A stretch of DNA of 64,000 bases from Amphiscolops sp. MND2022 (taxonomy: Eukaryota), in NCBI GenBank assembly GCA_964187785.1, contig OZ076409.1, positions 24,738,001 through 24,802,000 of the forward strand, in the 5' to 3' direction. Positions within the stretch are counted from its first letter, which is position 1, and every line of letters begins with the position of its first letter. Positions 10,608 through 25,600 of this stretch are shown piece by piece. Position numbers and translations under genes: made by a program. The notes under the pieces are model-generated. The model was given only the letters and a program-made list of their open reading frames with translations. It was not told the origin of the DNA and did not search any database.

Positions 10608-13600
10608 TTGTTCATGCTCTTCATTCTCATCTTTCGTTGCTTCAGTCGAACTTGACTCCTTTTTAGTTGAAACAGAGGCTATCTTGGAACAGGAAGGCGG
10701 GGGTGACTCAGTTACTACTGACAACTGGGGAGTCATTTGGTGTATTCCCGCCCGGGAGGAGGAGGGGAGAACCATGTGAGGGGAGTGGGTGGCCCCCGCG
10801 GAGTTGCCGGATCGGTAGCACTTCTTCTTGCGAGAGTGGGAGATCTTGCCGCCAGACGGGGTGACTGACTTCGAGACTGAGGACCCGCTGCTATTGCTAT
10901 CAGGCACTGATCGAGGAGAAAAGGGTTGCAAACTCGCATTGCCATCAGAGCCTGTTTAAAAAACAATTCATTGAGAATACATTACAACAAAAAAACAGCG
11001 ACACATGGCTTAAAAAACTATTACACTTTCACAATACTGTCTAGCATATGAAAAAAAATTAATGACCTAGAAAACTTTTGCTGTGAACTGCAGCCTAAAG
11101 TCACGCAAAGTAACTATTTATTCAAATGGAAGAGGAAGCCAAGAATGGAGTTTTAGTATCTTCATGGCACCGAGCTCCAACGCACACATAGATGTCATGA
11201 TTTACCAAATGAGCACCATGCATAAATTCAAAACGCATAATTAGGGAGTTCAGAGCCCATGGTTAGTTAACACGATGTTTCTCTAAGAGCCCTCAAACGG
11301 TGCCCGAGCGAACGACCAAGTAGTACATACCTGACTTCAATCTTCAAATCCTGACTGAAGATTCAGTCAAGAAATTTGCAACGAACTTCTAAATTTCATC
11401 AAAACATTCAAAACCAAATCAGCTTTCTGGTTCAATATTTAGCATCATCTCTGTAAAATTAACTCAATTCATGAGTTCAAAATTGAGCCCTACGGTTCTA
11501 CAGAAATCGGTGGTTCCATGCTCTGAAGGCGAAGCGCTAAGGCTGAATGCAGAAATCGAGCGGTTATGAATGGTAAATCATGAGAACACGGTAGATGGAT
11601 AATTTTGAAACTAAAAAGTTGTAAGTAAAAATAATCAAATTTCTCAAAGCCAGTAGCCAGTTTGTTTAGTAGAGGAAAACAAACTTGTGAACACACAAAG
11701 GATGACGTTTATTTTATATTCAGACAGACTGACTAAAATCTCACCAAACAGGCAACTGTTTCTCAATCATATACTGAAAAACCACATCTTTCTCAGAAGT
11801 TTTGAAAATTCGGGATTGTTTGCATCAAGATTTGTCACTCGAAACGAAAAATTTTCATGAGTCAATGGGCGTACTTCTTACATGATACTGTAAACTAAGA
11901 AAACTACTGTTGAAACACTCATGAAACGTCCGAAACGAAGGACAACTTCCTGAATCCTTTCCGTAAGTCAACGACGATTCGGAAACATGAAACGAAAGTA
12001 GAAGCGACTGCATAGCATTTCCTAACCTTATTGCGCTCTTAATATCCCAGGCCGACATTGACACAATTTAGTCACTCTAAAGTCGGACAAGCGGGACCGG
12101 CCCAAGTCGGCGCCCCGCTCAAGTTTCTTGAATATGTAAAGGACAAGTTTTAAATTTTTACTAACTTTCTTAGTGCCAAAAAATACCCCAAAAGATACGC
12201 GTAAGACTCGGAAACCACATTTTCCCAACTGGAAACAAAAAATCCATTTTTTGAGAAAAAAACTAACTTTCCGGAAGAGTCTCATAGTGCCGGAAAAGGA
12301 ACTTTCAGCTCGAAAAACTACCTTTTCTCAACCCGAATCCGCTATAAAAGCGGGAGGGCACCCTTCGACCAAATGAAAGTTTTGGAAAAGCACAGAACCA
12401 TAAAAGCTTAAACAAGTATGATAAAGTATTGAGAATAAAACAGCTGTTAGATTGAAGAGCTGTTGAAAAAGAATAAGGTCTCACAATTCCGACAAAAATC
12501 CAAGGGGGGCAACCATTTTTTATCATTGAAAAATTCTCGCTACATGAAGAATCGTTATATCCGGAATTCGTTACATCCGGTTGGCGTTAAATCCGGGAAG
12601 CATTTTTTACAGCTCAAATGTAGTATGTAGATTACCAAAAGACATTGCCAAAATTGAAGAACTTTTGGTAGAACTATTTTGGACAGTTCACGTCTATCGA
12701 AAAAAAACTGACGAAAAGCGATGACGCTATAGTCACTTCTAAAGAAAAGCGCCGACTAAAAATGTTTTAGTATTTCGAGTCCAATAGTACAGTACAGAAG
12801 AGTGCGACTATAACGAATGCGGCTATAACGAAATGTGCTTATAACGAACAAATTTTAATTCCGCGAATTTTTTCCCATGCTTTACATGCAAAAAATCACG
12901 GCTATAATGAATGCGGCTATAACGGAATATGTGTATACCGAACCAATGATAATCACCCAAGCAAGAAAAATGTGGGCATATAACGAAATTGAGTCTCTTC
13001 ATTCATGTCAACAATGTAACTTGGCCGTTCAACAGACAAACAACCAGTCTGAAGATCAAGTTGTAAGCGACGATGAGTTTATAGTTGAAGACCCTGAGCC
13101 GGTACCTAAGCCGTCACTTATCAATTGTTTGGAGGCATTGGTGACACTCCGCTCATATTTCCATTATGACGGTACTGAATATGATGAGGACATGGAACTA
13201 ATCGAGAAAGTGCTCCGGAAGAAAGCAGAAATGAAAAAGCAGACCGCGATAACAAACTATTTTCGTTAAAATTGCAGTTTAATGGATACTTAACTAATGT
13301 CGGATTTAATTCACCATTGTGCTTATTGTCTTGCTTATTATTAAGCCTATGTCTTGTGTAATCTAGTAACGATTTTCTTTTGGTTAACTTTGGTACGGTT
13401 AAGTTATCTTCGATATATTTAAGGCATTCCCGAACCAAATGTTTTTATAACGAACATTTGAGCTTTAGATTGCTCCGAAACTGCCCTATAACGAAATGCG
13501 GCAATAACGAAGTGCGCGAATAACGAACTTTTTTTGTTTTCCCGAGGGGGTCCGTTATAGCCGCAGTCTACTGTATTACCAGTGTTTTAAACAGTCTACT

Positions 13601-16600
13601 AAACGACTGTTTTGAGACTGCAAGCCTGAAGGATCGATTTTGTATCACTGGTAGTTTGGGCTTACGCAAAAAGTCAAAAGCGCATGTTAAGACTTTTTTC
13701 AGCTGACGGTTTGCTATACAAATCCTCAGTAGCGCCAGCCACTGGCTGACAACAAGGATATACTTTTTGCAAAACTTTTTGTAAGCACAGAACTTTGACT
13801 CTCCGTTACAATGCGTTTCTAACCTGATCGGATGTAATCGGTGGGAAACTCGAGAAGTTCCATGATGGAAACCATTTTGGCTTGTCTGGCTGCTTGGCGA
13901 CCTTTCATTATTCTTTGACGAGCTGCCATTACACTAAACACAAGAAAGCTATCTGAAAATGTAAACAGGAATTAGCTGTATTCGACAAAGAAAGAAGCGT
14001 CTGCAATTAGAGTTAGATAATAAAACTGGAAAACAACAAAATTTATGGCCAGTATTGTATACTAAATATCCAACATAATAAATGAGCGCATTAGTGAGTT
14101 ATGAACTGGAAAATGATACCAGAACTGGCGTTTCCTCTAAGACCAACATTCACACATATCACTAATTCGATTGCTGATTAGGGATATGAGTCATTTGAGT
14201 GGATACAATTCAATCGGACAAACTGACCTGGGAATGTCATCAGTTCTACGCAAAACAGAAACTAATCATGAACATTTAGTTATCACTCACATACCAAAAA
14301 TTTCGACATTATGAACGACAGCAAACTAGTCATAAAAACGTTGCACCGTTGATTCCCTTAAGAACACTCTTTTCTGTTCATATTTATAAAGCCAGCAATT
14401 ATCAAGAAAAAACCTTTTATAAAATTATCTTCGAAACTTCTATGGCATATACTGCAGATGTTAGCTATTAAGTCTCTACGTACATGGATTGATATTTGGT
14501 TTGCGATCTCATTTTTGAATTTTGAGTTAATCTGGAAACAATTGTGATTGTTTTTATTTATCCTCCGATTCATCATTGTCAAGTGATTGCAATCTCAAAC
14601 TTTGAGATCTTTAGTGTCAACCAGTCCGAAAAAAAACGAAAACCTCCCCTAACGTAATCCCGATACATGTATTAGGAGTATAGATTGAAGACCTCGGATC
14701 TGTGATTGTCTATTGACATGTGCACATTGGAGAGTTCAAAATTTCCGACGGTATGTAGTCAATAATGGGCATTTTCATCAAAATAAAACAAGACGGGAAC
14801 GTCTCAAGCCAGCGCAATACGTAAGGTTCAAAAAGCGCAAAGTTTTAAAAATATGCCTAGGACGTTTTTATGAAAAACTCAGAAGTTTCGAACACACAAA
14901 GGGAAAATATTTTAAAAATTGAAGGATGGACCACTTGGAGACATTACAAAATTTTCAAGAAACATCTCACAAAGCTGAAAAAGGGGGAAGTCAGAGAGTG
15001 CCGAAAAAAAATCGAAAATGAGGACCCTTCTGCTTTGGAATGCTTTTGTATTCTATGTTAGAGGCTTTTGTATTCTATGATCAAATTCAAGAACAAAGTA
15101 CTTATGGCGAATGTGCACAAAAAGTTGACAATTCAGAGTGAGGCTGCTCAAAAAAGACACAAAAAAGTCACTGTAATAGTCGGGCATTTTTTCTTAAGGG
15201 ACAATGCGCCGACTAAAAATGACTACCTTCTGCTCTTGGTTTAGACTACGCAGCTGTCCAATACATTACAAATGAAAATTTTCATTTCCAGACTTGTCCC
15301 ATACCGGTGCGACTTCCAAAATTTATGAATAATGTGAACTGGATAAAAACCGAGAAACTTTCGCTATCATGTTTGGCAAAAATGACAAATTTTGAGAATC
15401 AATTCTCAAGTCGAAAATCATTACGCGTTCCAAACTTTTTTCCAAACAACCGAACAATTTTCTTTACAACAACACAGGACTATGTAACTTGCTACAACAG
15501 GCAAAATGCCACCAATTGGGTGGGTATTCCAGCGTAAGCGTAAACAATCGGACTAATTAAGGGAACATAATAAAATTGACAAATTCTAGCGGTTTTGACA
15601 AAATTTAGTAAATTTGGTCAAAAAACAGGCATCTGCCTCAATTTTGCGGAAATTGCTGATAATTTGTTTGCTGAACATGCTTCAAAGGGATCCACCAACG
15701 AAGGATTTTTGTTTCATCCTTAGACTCAGTTCAAGAAAAACTGATAAATGGTCCCATAGTCAATTGTAAATTAGCATTAGTCACAAAATGTTTAGTAGCA
15801 AACTCTCTGTAACAGTTATTTCAGGGCCTCATAAACTGTGAAACTAAGAAAGGAACCCCTAATTGAGTTTAATGATTGGAATATTCTATTTTCTGTTCCA
15901 AACTTAATTACCAAACAGGGGTCTCACTGTTTTATTACTAAATTGTACACACTGTGATCAAGAAATCGTCCCCCATAAGCCCTGCTGTTATCACCCAATT
16001 AAAACTTTTCACAATTAAAATATTTTCACTCTTGCCTCCAGTTTTCAGATTTGATGGATTCTGAATACTGCCTAGAATTCAGTTGTATTTTTTGTGCTAA
16101 AAGATTCTAAAAGAAATAGCCGTTTTGCTTTTGAGTGTTGAAATCAAAACATTCAAGCCTCCAGTAGATTTTGGAGAGTTGGCAAAGCTTTGTAGGTGAA
16201 AGTCAAAAATCAGACACACGGCAATAAGCCTCAATTAAATCAAGAATTAACAAAGAATAAGGATCTAAGAAAACCTGACACACCCCGAAATTTTCAACCC
16301 GCTGCGAGATATTCAAGTCCGAAATGCGCCTGGGGAATAATTTCTTAATCACACCACTGTAGCTTAAGACTAAATCTAAATAAACACAATAATTGAGGGC
16401 AAAGTGAGCTTGGTGATAGCATTAAATTACATGATAATCATTAAATTCACAAGCATTTTGGACTGAAACATATAATATTTATTGAAAACTTTTTTCCCAA
16501 CTAATATTTTGTTTAATGTCTGCCTTGATTTAAACAGCGATTTCGAAGCTTGACAACAAAGAACAATCACACGAGAAATTTATGGGGGCAAGTTCCTCAA

Positions 16601-19600
16601 GAATTCATTTCTGGGTTACCTATGTTGTGTTTGGGGGGTTTGCTATTGGGATTTTTTGTCTTGCAGCAAAAAAGTTTGAAATCGATCAGACAAAAACATT
16701 TTCTAGAAAAACACCTGATTGATGGAGCATGCTAAGAAAGAACCAAATGAAAATCTAGCAACTTTCTGCATCATTTTGAGACATGCACGCAAGAGAACAG
16801 AATAGTAAACATTTTATAACAGTTTTCCTAATAGAAAATTAGTATTCACTCTAACTACTTTATACGATTTCTTTATACGAGTTTGAGTAATCATAATTTT
16901 CTATCATCATCTCTCGTCCAGAGTTGTCCAATCATCAAAAAACTAAACTGGCAAAACCATTTTAAACTCGGCCACATAAAGATAACATTTAGCGTTTCGA
17001 AAACATACCATGGGGCGGGCGGCGGCCGGAAATCCAACAGTACAAAGGAGCTAGTTGTTTTCATGAAGTTAACTCGAAATGAGACGACAAGGTGTAATGA
17101 TGTTGATGTTTACCAACCGGATGTGGTCGTCGAACTTGAGCTGGGCGGCGAACAAGGGCGTGGAGTTGAGGCTCTCTGAAGTGGGGCCTGTCATGGGCGA
17201 AGGGGGCACCGTTGGTCTGTGCATGGCCAGCTGCAAACTGTGGTTGTCATCCGCACACCCTGTCACCTCAGTGTTCTAAACACTCACCAACTAAGCCATT
17301 GTTGATTCAAGTTGGCTGATAAAACTAGAAAAAGATCGATTTGAAACATTGTAGAATAGTTACTCTATTCAAAATCCAGTTTTCTCAAAAGTCTTTGATC
17401 AATAGAAAAAACCAACCACATATCCTTCCACAGCAAGTCCTGGTGCAACAACCCCCAATATTCTGTTGTTACTACAAGCCCCTACGCAGCGGGCCGCCCG
17501 AGATATCGGAAAAAGACTAAAATTCTGAAGGAAGGGGCGCGCGGCGACAGAGGCTCACCCGACCAAAATGAAAGCCCAGTACCAGACCTTTCCAACGCGC
17601 TATAGTTCGGTCCTCTGGTACGCGTAGTTGTGGAGATATTGATGATTTAAAATTTTTTAATCAAATTTTTTGAAAATTTTCAAAAACGCCCAGGTCAATT
17701 GGGGTTAAATGATTGAACAACTGGGCATCCTTTTCGACAATGTTTTGCAACACTGATAGCATATCTATATTCCACGACGTCGTTTTTAAGCACCATCAAC
17801 GCGAACATCACACACGATTCAGCGATCTCGCATCCGAGTTTCGACCGGAAACAAGGTTAATTCAATACATGGTCTATTCTTACGTTTACGCCTTTGTTTC
17901 TATCATCCCAATCTGACACGTAAACATCAGACGGTACAGTTCAAGTAATCTGCTTGGGCAAACATCTGAGTTCAAATTAGTGCTGATGATCGCCAAATGT
18001 CTTACCAGCACCGCCCAAAGTGGTCTTCAATTATCAGAACATCCTGAAGTGAAACATTTACTCAAGCCTCTGATTGATTCAAATGAGGAACTCTGATCTC
18101 ACTCAAAATCATTTATCGCCTGAAATCAAATGTCACTTTCCGTTCAATTACACGTGCATCACAAATTCCATTTGCAAAGATACACTGAACTCGATTAGGT
18201 TATAGGTTATCACAAAAGAATTACAAGGGGACGGGACAATGGGTAATTGGGAGTACCTGAAGAGGTCCGGTAAATTTGACCACTCCCCATCCCAGCACAG
18301 AGTAGTCGGGCTCTACAAACATCAACTGGTACTTTCCAACCACTAGGAACCGCTCTTCAATTCTGAAACAATAATATAATGTCGACTTAAAATCAGAAAA
18401 GTCATTTTATCACTGCCACGAAAAGGTGAAGTCTTGTTTATTCGGCAACTCGTTATTTCGAAAATGAATATTCGGTTCTGTTGCTTCAAAAATAAGATTA
18501 ATTTTTCTCAGTACAAACGTTTCACATGCGCTAGACAGGCGGCGATGTCGAACAAGCAGGAATTTCATATTCAGTGTTGAAAACCTTTTCAACTGTTTAG
18601 CATGTGCCATCTTAACCTGTTACTTATGTCTAGAATCTGTTAAATTCAACGGAAACGTTGTTTTTGGCAACAGGAAACGCATAAACAGGAAACCCAAAAA
18701 ACAGGAACCGCATATCTTCATGGAATCAGCTGTAAAAACTTACCTAAATAGGTTTTTTTCAGAATCGAATTATATTGTTTTGATAACTGGCACTAGATAA
18801 GTATCCGAACATAAAATATGCAAAAGTTCGAAGTCACAACACACTATTTTCATGGAAGTAACAACCAAAAATGCGAACCGAAAAACCACTCACCCCGATT
18901 TAGTAATAACTTTGCACCCGAGGAGATCACTGTTACCTGAAACGTAAAAGTCTGCTGTTAGACATGAACAGTATCAACCAAATCTGAAGACTTTTCATAC
19001 ATGTTTTCACTCAAGTAAATTTTTGAACTTTTGAAGGCTCGGAGGTTCTCTTGAAATGCGAAATTCAATTCAGAATACAAAAAATATACGTTATACGCAT
19101 ATCAGAGTCTTCTGTGACGCTGTGAAATTCCGGCTCAAAAAGACAATCCGAATATTGGTGGACAGAGGACATGAAAATTATAACGAACAAGACATTTGTT
19201 GCACGTTGAGATTAAATGTCTTGAAAATAAATGCTGAGATTTTCAGTCTTGTGGCAAAATGCCTGAAATGCATATTTCCATGAAATCAGTGGTAATCGCT
19301 TGGAACAGTGTCAAAGAGCATGTGGATCCCCGAGGACTACTCACTCACGCATTCTTACATCTTACTCAAATGGGAGTAATTCAAGCTAACTGAGATTGAG
19401 TCTGTCGCCTTCCTTGACCAAGTCGCACTCTTTGGCCAGGGGGAGCAGGGTGTCAATGCGCCCCTGGAGATCCAGAGACAAGTTGCGCAGGTTGAAGAAA
19501 CAGCTCATGGCCTGTTTGGTCAACTCCATCTCTCCACAAGGTAGCCTCCTATTGGCCGAGATGCCGGACATGGGCGTCGAAATGGGCTGCAGAATTATTG

Positions 19601-22600
19601 GGGCGTCTTGGATCAACCGCGAGACATAAGTTGGCTTTGTCTGGACAAAATAGATTGAAAATTGTCATAGTCAGCAAACAATTTGCAATTGAATACATTC
19701 CAGGACTAATAATTTTTGGGTGTCAGGACACTTCATCCTATGCAACTTCAACCGTTCACAATTTCAACCTATTGCATTTTCATTCAACCTTCCGTAATTT
19801 CGAACTAAACTAATGTTGGCAAATGAATCTTAATTAGTTATATAATTTGGCTTTCATTTTCATACATTTCTAAATTCAAACGTGATAATTTTTACACCAG
19901 TTTTGATAAGTTTTGGGTCCATGAAAAATAACTTTTAATTAGGGCTGTTTGATTCAGTGCTATTTCACTGAGATAATCCCTCAACCGAATTAAGACTAAA
20001 TAGCAAAATTTAGTTTGGGTAGAAATTGCTTAAGTTGAAAATGCAGTTGGTCGAAATAGCAGCGGTTAATATGGCATAGGACGAAATGCCATATAACCAA
20101 TTTCTTGTAATACATTGCACAAAGTTCAAACTATGTGGGACAAGCCAAAAAAAGTGTACACTTACGTTTTCCACCAAAAACTACCCACCAAGAATTTTTA
20201 ACCTGATAGCTGAGGTTTTCATTGAACTGGTGGATCAAAATTGGTCAAGACAAGATGAATTTGTCTAATGACGAAAAGATGTCACAACCAGCATAAATAA
20301 TGCAGGACTTGGGCTATGACGACGCTTTAGATTTTCACCAAGTTAAATCATCCAACAATTCATGAATTATCACCGAATGAATTGAATATCAACGACTATG
20401 AAACATTATCCATATTGAAAATGTGAATGTTCTACCAAGCAACTTAATTGTTTTCATTGCCGTAAAAACTTTCTTCCTGGTAACACTCAAGAAACCCAGC
20501 AATGCACAAAAACACCAATAAATGAGAAAGGATCTCAGCTTACTTTGCAGGTGTTCAACTCATCTTCGAACAGGTCCAAAAACATGTCGTCACCTTTATA
20601 GAATCGTCTCAGGAACAAACAACTCAACTCTTTCACGTTCTAAACATAAAGAAGGACTTATCAGCAAAATGCTAGACATGTTAGGAAACATGTTAAGGTT
20701 TTTTTACATGCAAACTGAAGATTGAGGACGTCTGTCATTTGTTAGGAACCCATTAGTTACTAACTTAAGTAACTGTCGGAGACAAAATCTCTCGAGATCC
20801 CTACTGATTTAGTTGTCAGCAGAATAATAATGTCAATTAGATACGGAGACGGTGCTGTTTTGACGTCATACTGATAATGCACTTTTGGATGGTTTAGGCT
20901 TTCAAATTGCATATGGGTTTGAATTTTCATGATGAACTTGGCAAAACACGATACAAAACCAATACAAGGAAATCAAGATGGTAGAAGATTGCAGAAAAAT
21001 TTGAAACATTCTAAAAGTAGAAAAAATCTGTCTTAGCGACTACTGAGAAATTGGATAAGCTTAGTATTTATTAAGGATCGGAATTTTACTGATGCGGAAA
21101 AATTTTTACTGACGAATTTTGTTGCTTAAACCACCAACAAAGTGTACTGTGCCACATACACTATGGTACCGAAAAGCCGAAGACAGCTTATATTACAGGC
21201 TTTGAAAGCGCTTCAAATTTTTGTCGGCGCTTCATGAAACGAAACGCGACTATTATAGTGACTTTCATTTCAATTTTTTATTCGGCGCTTCATGAAGTGA
21301 AACGCGACTATCATAGTGACTCTTTTTTTCAATCCACACGAACTGACCAAAATAGTTCTACAAAACTTTAAGTCCCAAATTGAATCATTTGGCCTAGCGA
21401 ACTGAACCAAAAAGGTTTTTACTGTTTTCCCGCGTACCATACCATACCGGGAGAGACTAAATAGTCCCCCCTTTCAGTTTTTTTCGGCATTGTGAGACTT
21501 TTCCGAAAAACTACCCCCCCCCCCCAAACGGTGGCGGGGCGGAATAAGACAGAAGGTTCAAATACCATTATGTCGACATTGTTTGCGTTGAAATTTTGGT
21601 CCAATAAAATAATTGATGTCGACATAATCCTATCCATTACATTTACTGTCAGTTAAAAGTTGCTCATTAGATTTTATAGTGGGGACAAAATTTGCGCTGA
21701 AATAGGACCTTTTTATACGATTTTCGTTTGTTTCAAACGTGAATTTCTGCTATTTTGGACAATAATATCAAAAAATTATGGTAATTTTTACCTGAAGTGT
21801 CCAAACAGTTGTAGAGACAATCCTCTAAGTATATACATTCATATAATATTCCCTTATAAGAGAAATATTTTTATTCAAGAACAAAATGTGCTTTAGCGTT
21901 GGGGGGGGGGGAATTCGCAAAAAGGTGTACCATGGTCCAAAAAATTTCCCCAAAGGGTCCCTCCTTCAATTTTTTGATGTTTTGCAACAATGGATGTTAA
22001 AAAATGCGAAAGGATCCCCCTTTTAGCGCGCCAGGGGTCCACGCTAGCGGGCAACTGGCGCGCCAGTTCCGTCGTTTGGGTTTTTCCTGAGTTTGATACT
22101 CTTTTTGTGAGTTTGATACTTTGAGTTTTTTGACACTTTCGTGTTCTTTTGCTATTTTTGAGCCTTAGATATGGCGCCGACTTATGCCATTCCCGGCTTG
22201 TTTGGATATGCATTTGAAAAGAAGTCTCAAGAGCAAAAAACCGCTGTAATTCAGATTTTTACACAGAGGCGAAGCCGTGCTTTAGAAGAAAACCAAATAA
22301 GCAATATCATAAGGAGAACCAAGGGTAAAAGAACATTAAAAATTCATCAATTTTACGATATACAGCGCCAAAAAATACCCGAAAGGATACGCATAAGTCT
22401 CGAAAACCATTCTTCCCCAACTGAAAACAGCAAAAAATCCATCTTTCTCAACGAAAAACCTATAAAAACAGAAAATTGAGGAAAAAAATTGCGAAAATAT
22501 TTTTGATGGTCTCCGGTAAGTCGCATAGTGCCGAAAACGTTGAGGAGTCCTTAATTCTCGCAAAACGTTTCGTTTCTGGCAAAAATTGAGGAGGGGCTTC

Positions 22601-25600
22601 GGTGGAACAAATTTCAAGAAAGTCGCATAGAAAAAACACCGGTCTTTTAAAACAACAAAAATCGGATAGAGAGTGCCGGACCTGAGAAAACCTAATTTTA
22701 ACACGAAAATTATTCCTTTTGAAAAATGTCACAATGCCGGAAACTGTGAAAGAGTGACCCTTTGAGATTTTTTAAAATCCATTCTTGAGTTGAAGGAGGA
22801 CTCTTTGGAATCTTTAATAAAAAATTTTCGAAAACAAAAATGAGAAATTTTAATTGCAGTCTTATAGTGCCGAAAAATCTGAAAAAAAAGGGACCCTTTG
22901 GGATTTTTTAACATTCGTTTTGTTACAAGATATCAAACAAAGAGAAGGGTGGACCCTTTGTAGACATTAAAAAAGAGAAGGGAAAACAAAAAATGAGAAT
23001 TTTGAACAGTCTCATAGTGCCGAAAATTCTGAAAAAAGACCCTTTGGGATCTATAACATTCATTGTTGCAAAATATCAAAAAAATGAAAGGACTCTTTGG
23101 GGACATTTAAAAAATTTCGAAAAAAAGTCTCACAAAGCCGAAAAGTCCCATAGTGCCGAAAAAAGTGAGAACCTTCTGCTTCTGAATACTTGTAAAAAAA
23201 TAAGCACATACCCACGGGTTCGAACGCGAAAACTCTGGGTTGAAAAGCAAGCATCTTACCACTAGACCACGAACGCGTGAAATGTGTGAATTGCCGCGTG
23301 AAATGAGAGAGCTGTCTTTCCCATAACACTTGCTTATCGCAAGTGTAATTAAAATTTTAACGGTATTTTTCATATCGAATCAGTTCTTTTTGACCAGCAG
23401 TATTCGAGATATCTTAACGATAAATTTTTAAACGGCCATAAAAATTCCCACATTTGCCAACTGAAATAACTTATTTTTCCAAAACATAAAACACCATAAT
23501 TTTGATGGAAATTCGAGAAGGTTGCATCTGAAACTTTTTTGGCAATTGAATACATAAAACGTATTGCGCTTTGAAATTATTGCCAGCGAAATTTAGTGAC
23601 TGATTTCGGAACTAATTTTGGAATCTTAGTGTATGTAGGAGCCAAGCGACGTGCCACTACTTTAACAGCAATACACGTTCTAACGAGAACCAAATCATGC
23701 ATGCTAACATTTGATTTTTTTACTAAGGCCATGTCATATTGGGGCGTCGATATTACGAAATTCCCGCGTATTACTTCCAAACTAAGCCTGAACAAATCAT
23801 GAAAACTGGCGACGGGTGCAATAATCAATCGATCAATGTTTGAATGGTTCATTACCTCTACAGCAGCCAGGTGTTGGTCAGTGATGAAGAAGGAGATGTT
23901 GGCAGAGGAGGAGGTGGTGTTGCTGATGTTGCTACACACACTCTCGGTGCTGGTCGTCGTCTTCATGTTGGATGCCGCCACCGCCGCCCTGCTGACGTCA
24001 CAACTCACTATCTCTCTCAGCAGGAGACAGGCCATCTCCACAGTCACACTCCGCACACGCATCTCTACAAACAACATCACCTTCCGGGCTACAGTCCTGT
24101 GATGAGAAAGAATGGAACCCTTGTTTGGTAATAAAGTTTGGAACGCCTGATAATTTTGCGGATATCTCAATCTGTCAACTTCTTCAAAACATGATAGATA
24201 CAAAAGTTTTTCGGATCTAAATTGAGTGTTCGAAACATCAATATCTATCAGGGCTTCCATTTTTGTAAATCAGAGGAATGTATTTAAAATACCACCAATA
24301 CATGGGCACCGATTTAAAAATGAGACGAAATACTCAATTCATATACTTGACGAGAATAGTTTACACAAACAAAAAAATCAAATTTGCAACCGCGATATAA
24401 AAATCATTGGTTTTGTCTCATCTTCTCCACATTGAATCGGTCACTCAAAGAATTAGTGATATCATGTCTTTGAATATTTCCCACTATTTTCGATGTTGAA
24501 CATGTTTCACAAATTAGGACCTTTTTCTAAGTCTATCATTGATCTAAAATTGGAGTTCCCTAATACAGAACAGAACAATATGCCTCACCTCCACCAGCAG
24601 CAAGTGTCAACAAGTCCAGAAGGTACTCAAATAAGTTGCAATTGTATTGATGCTTCAGCTGAAAAAATCAGTAGTGTTATGAACAAATCATAAACCACAG
24701 TCGGTGTGCAAATAACGAATAATTGTCAAGGTGGATAAGATTCATGAATCGCACAAGAATTAAACAAAAAATCTAGATACGGCAAGGTACAGTTGAGGAA
24801 GAACACTTCGTACAAAAACTAGCAGTTGAGAAACATCTACCACATCTAATAAGTGTATATTTAATTGGAATAACTAAACAGACCTTGACACGATTGGTGG
24901 GAAAGTATATCTGTTCGAATGTGAATTGGTTGCAGCTGGCGTTGGAGAACATGACGATGAGGAAGAGGATGGACAGCAGACAGTTCTGGTCGTTCACATC
25001 CTTAGGGGATCCCTTCACCACTCGGCAGTCCATCGAGTAAAACACTTCCGACAAGAACGGCCTGAAAACAGGCTATTGTTAGCTCAGGCGACAAACTTGA
25101 CCAAACCTTTTGACAATCTCGAGTTAAAATTGTTAAAAACTGGAATTTGAAGAACCGATATCCGTTCGAAAATGATCCCTACACAATACGTACTAGCATT
25201 CATTGTGGATAACCACGGCATAAGTAACGCGAGTAATAGGAACCCCATCGTAAAAAGTATGAAAAATTATATCAACCGCATTTCAAACAATAAGCTAATC
25301 ATTTGATAATTCGGGGAGAAAACAGCAACTGTGATTTTCATACGCATGGTTATAAGAAAACTGATAGGCATGTATATTAACCGTTAAGTACCTTTCAGCG
25401 GTTGAAATATATTTGGAGCCTGGGAAACTGTCGCACTCTTCCCCACAACTCTGGATGACGTTGACAACTGCAACCGCCACTGGGTCTTCCAGTACAGGTG
25501 AGCGGGGACCGTTGGCCAATGACGAAAAATCATCCCCACTGGGAACAGGTTGAAGTTCGGGCACCTGCATTTCATCAGCAACGGGAAATACGTTCTGAGC

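Noticed and set aside
11330-12010. Additional CLEC16A exons between 13824 and 10951 (strong GTATGT and GTAAGA donors present)
   Set aside because: Every phase-1 acceptor I tried runs into a stop, and the direct join 13824 to 10951 is already in frame.
17440-17700. GC-richer intronic segment that looks like a MITE
   Set aside because: No second copy, TIR or TSD is demonstrable within the window.
17980-18050. C/D-box snoRNA (TGATGA...CTGA)
   Set aside because: It is on the strand opposite the host gene, lacks a terminal stem, and has no recognisable guide.
23596-24131. Plus-strand ORFs overlapping CLEC16A exons (also 10537-10864, 17079-17279, 19396-19629, 25623-25844)
   Set aside because: Antisense shadow frames of GC-richer coding exons.
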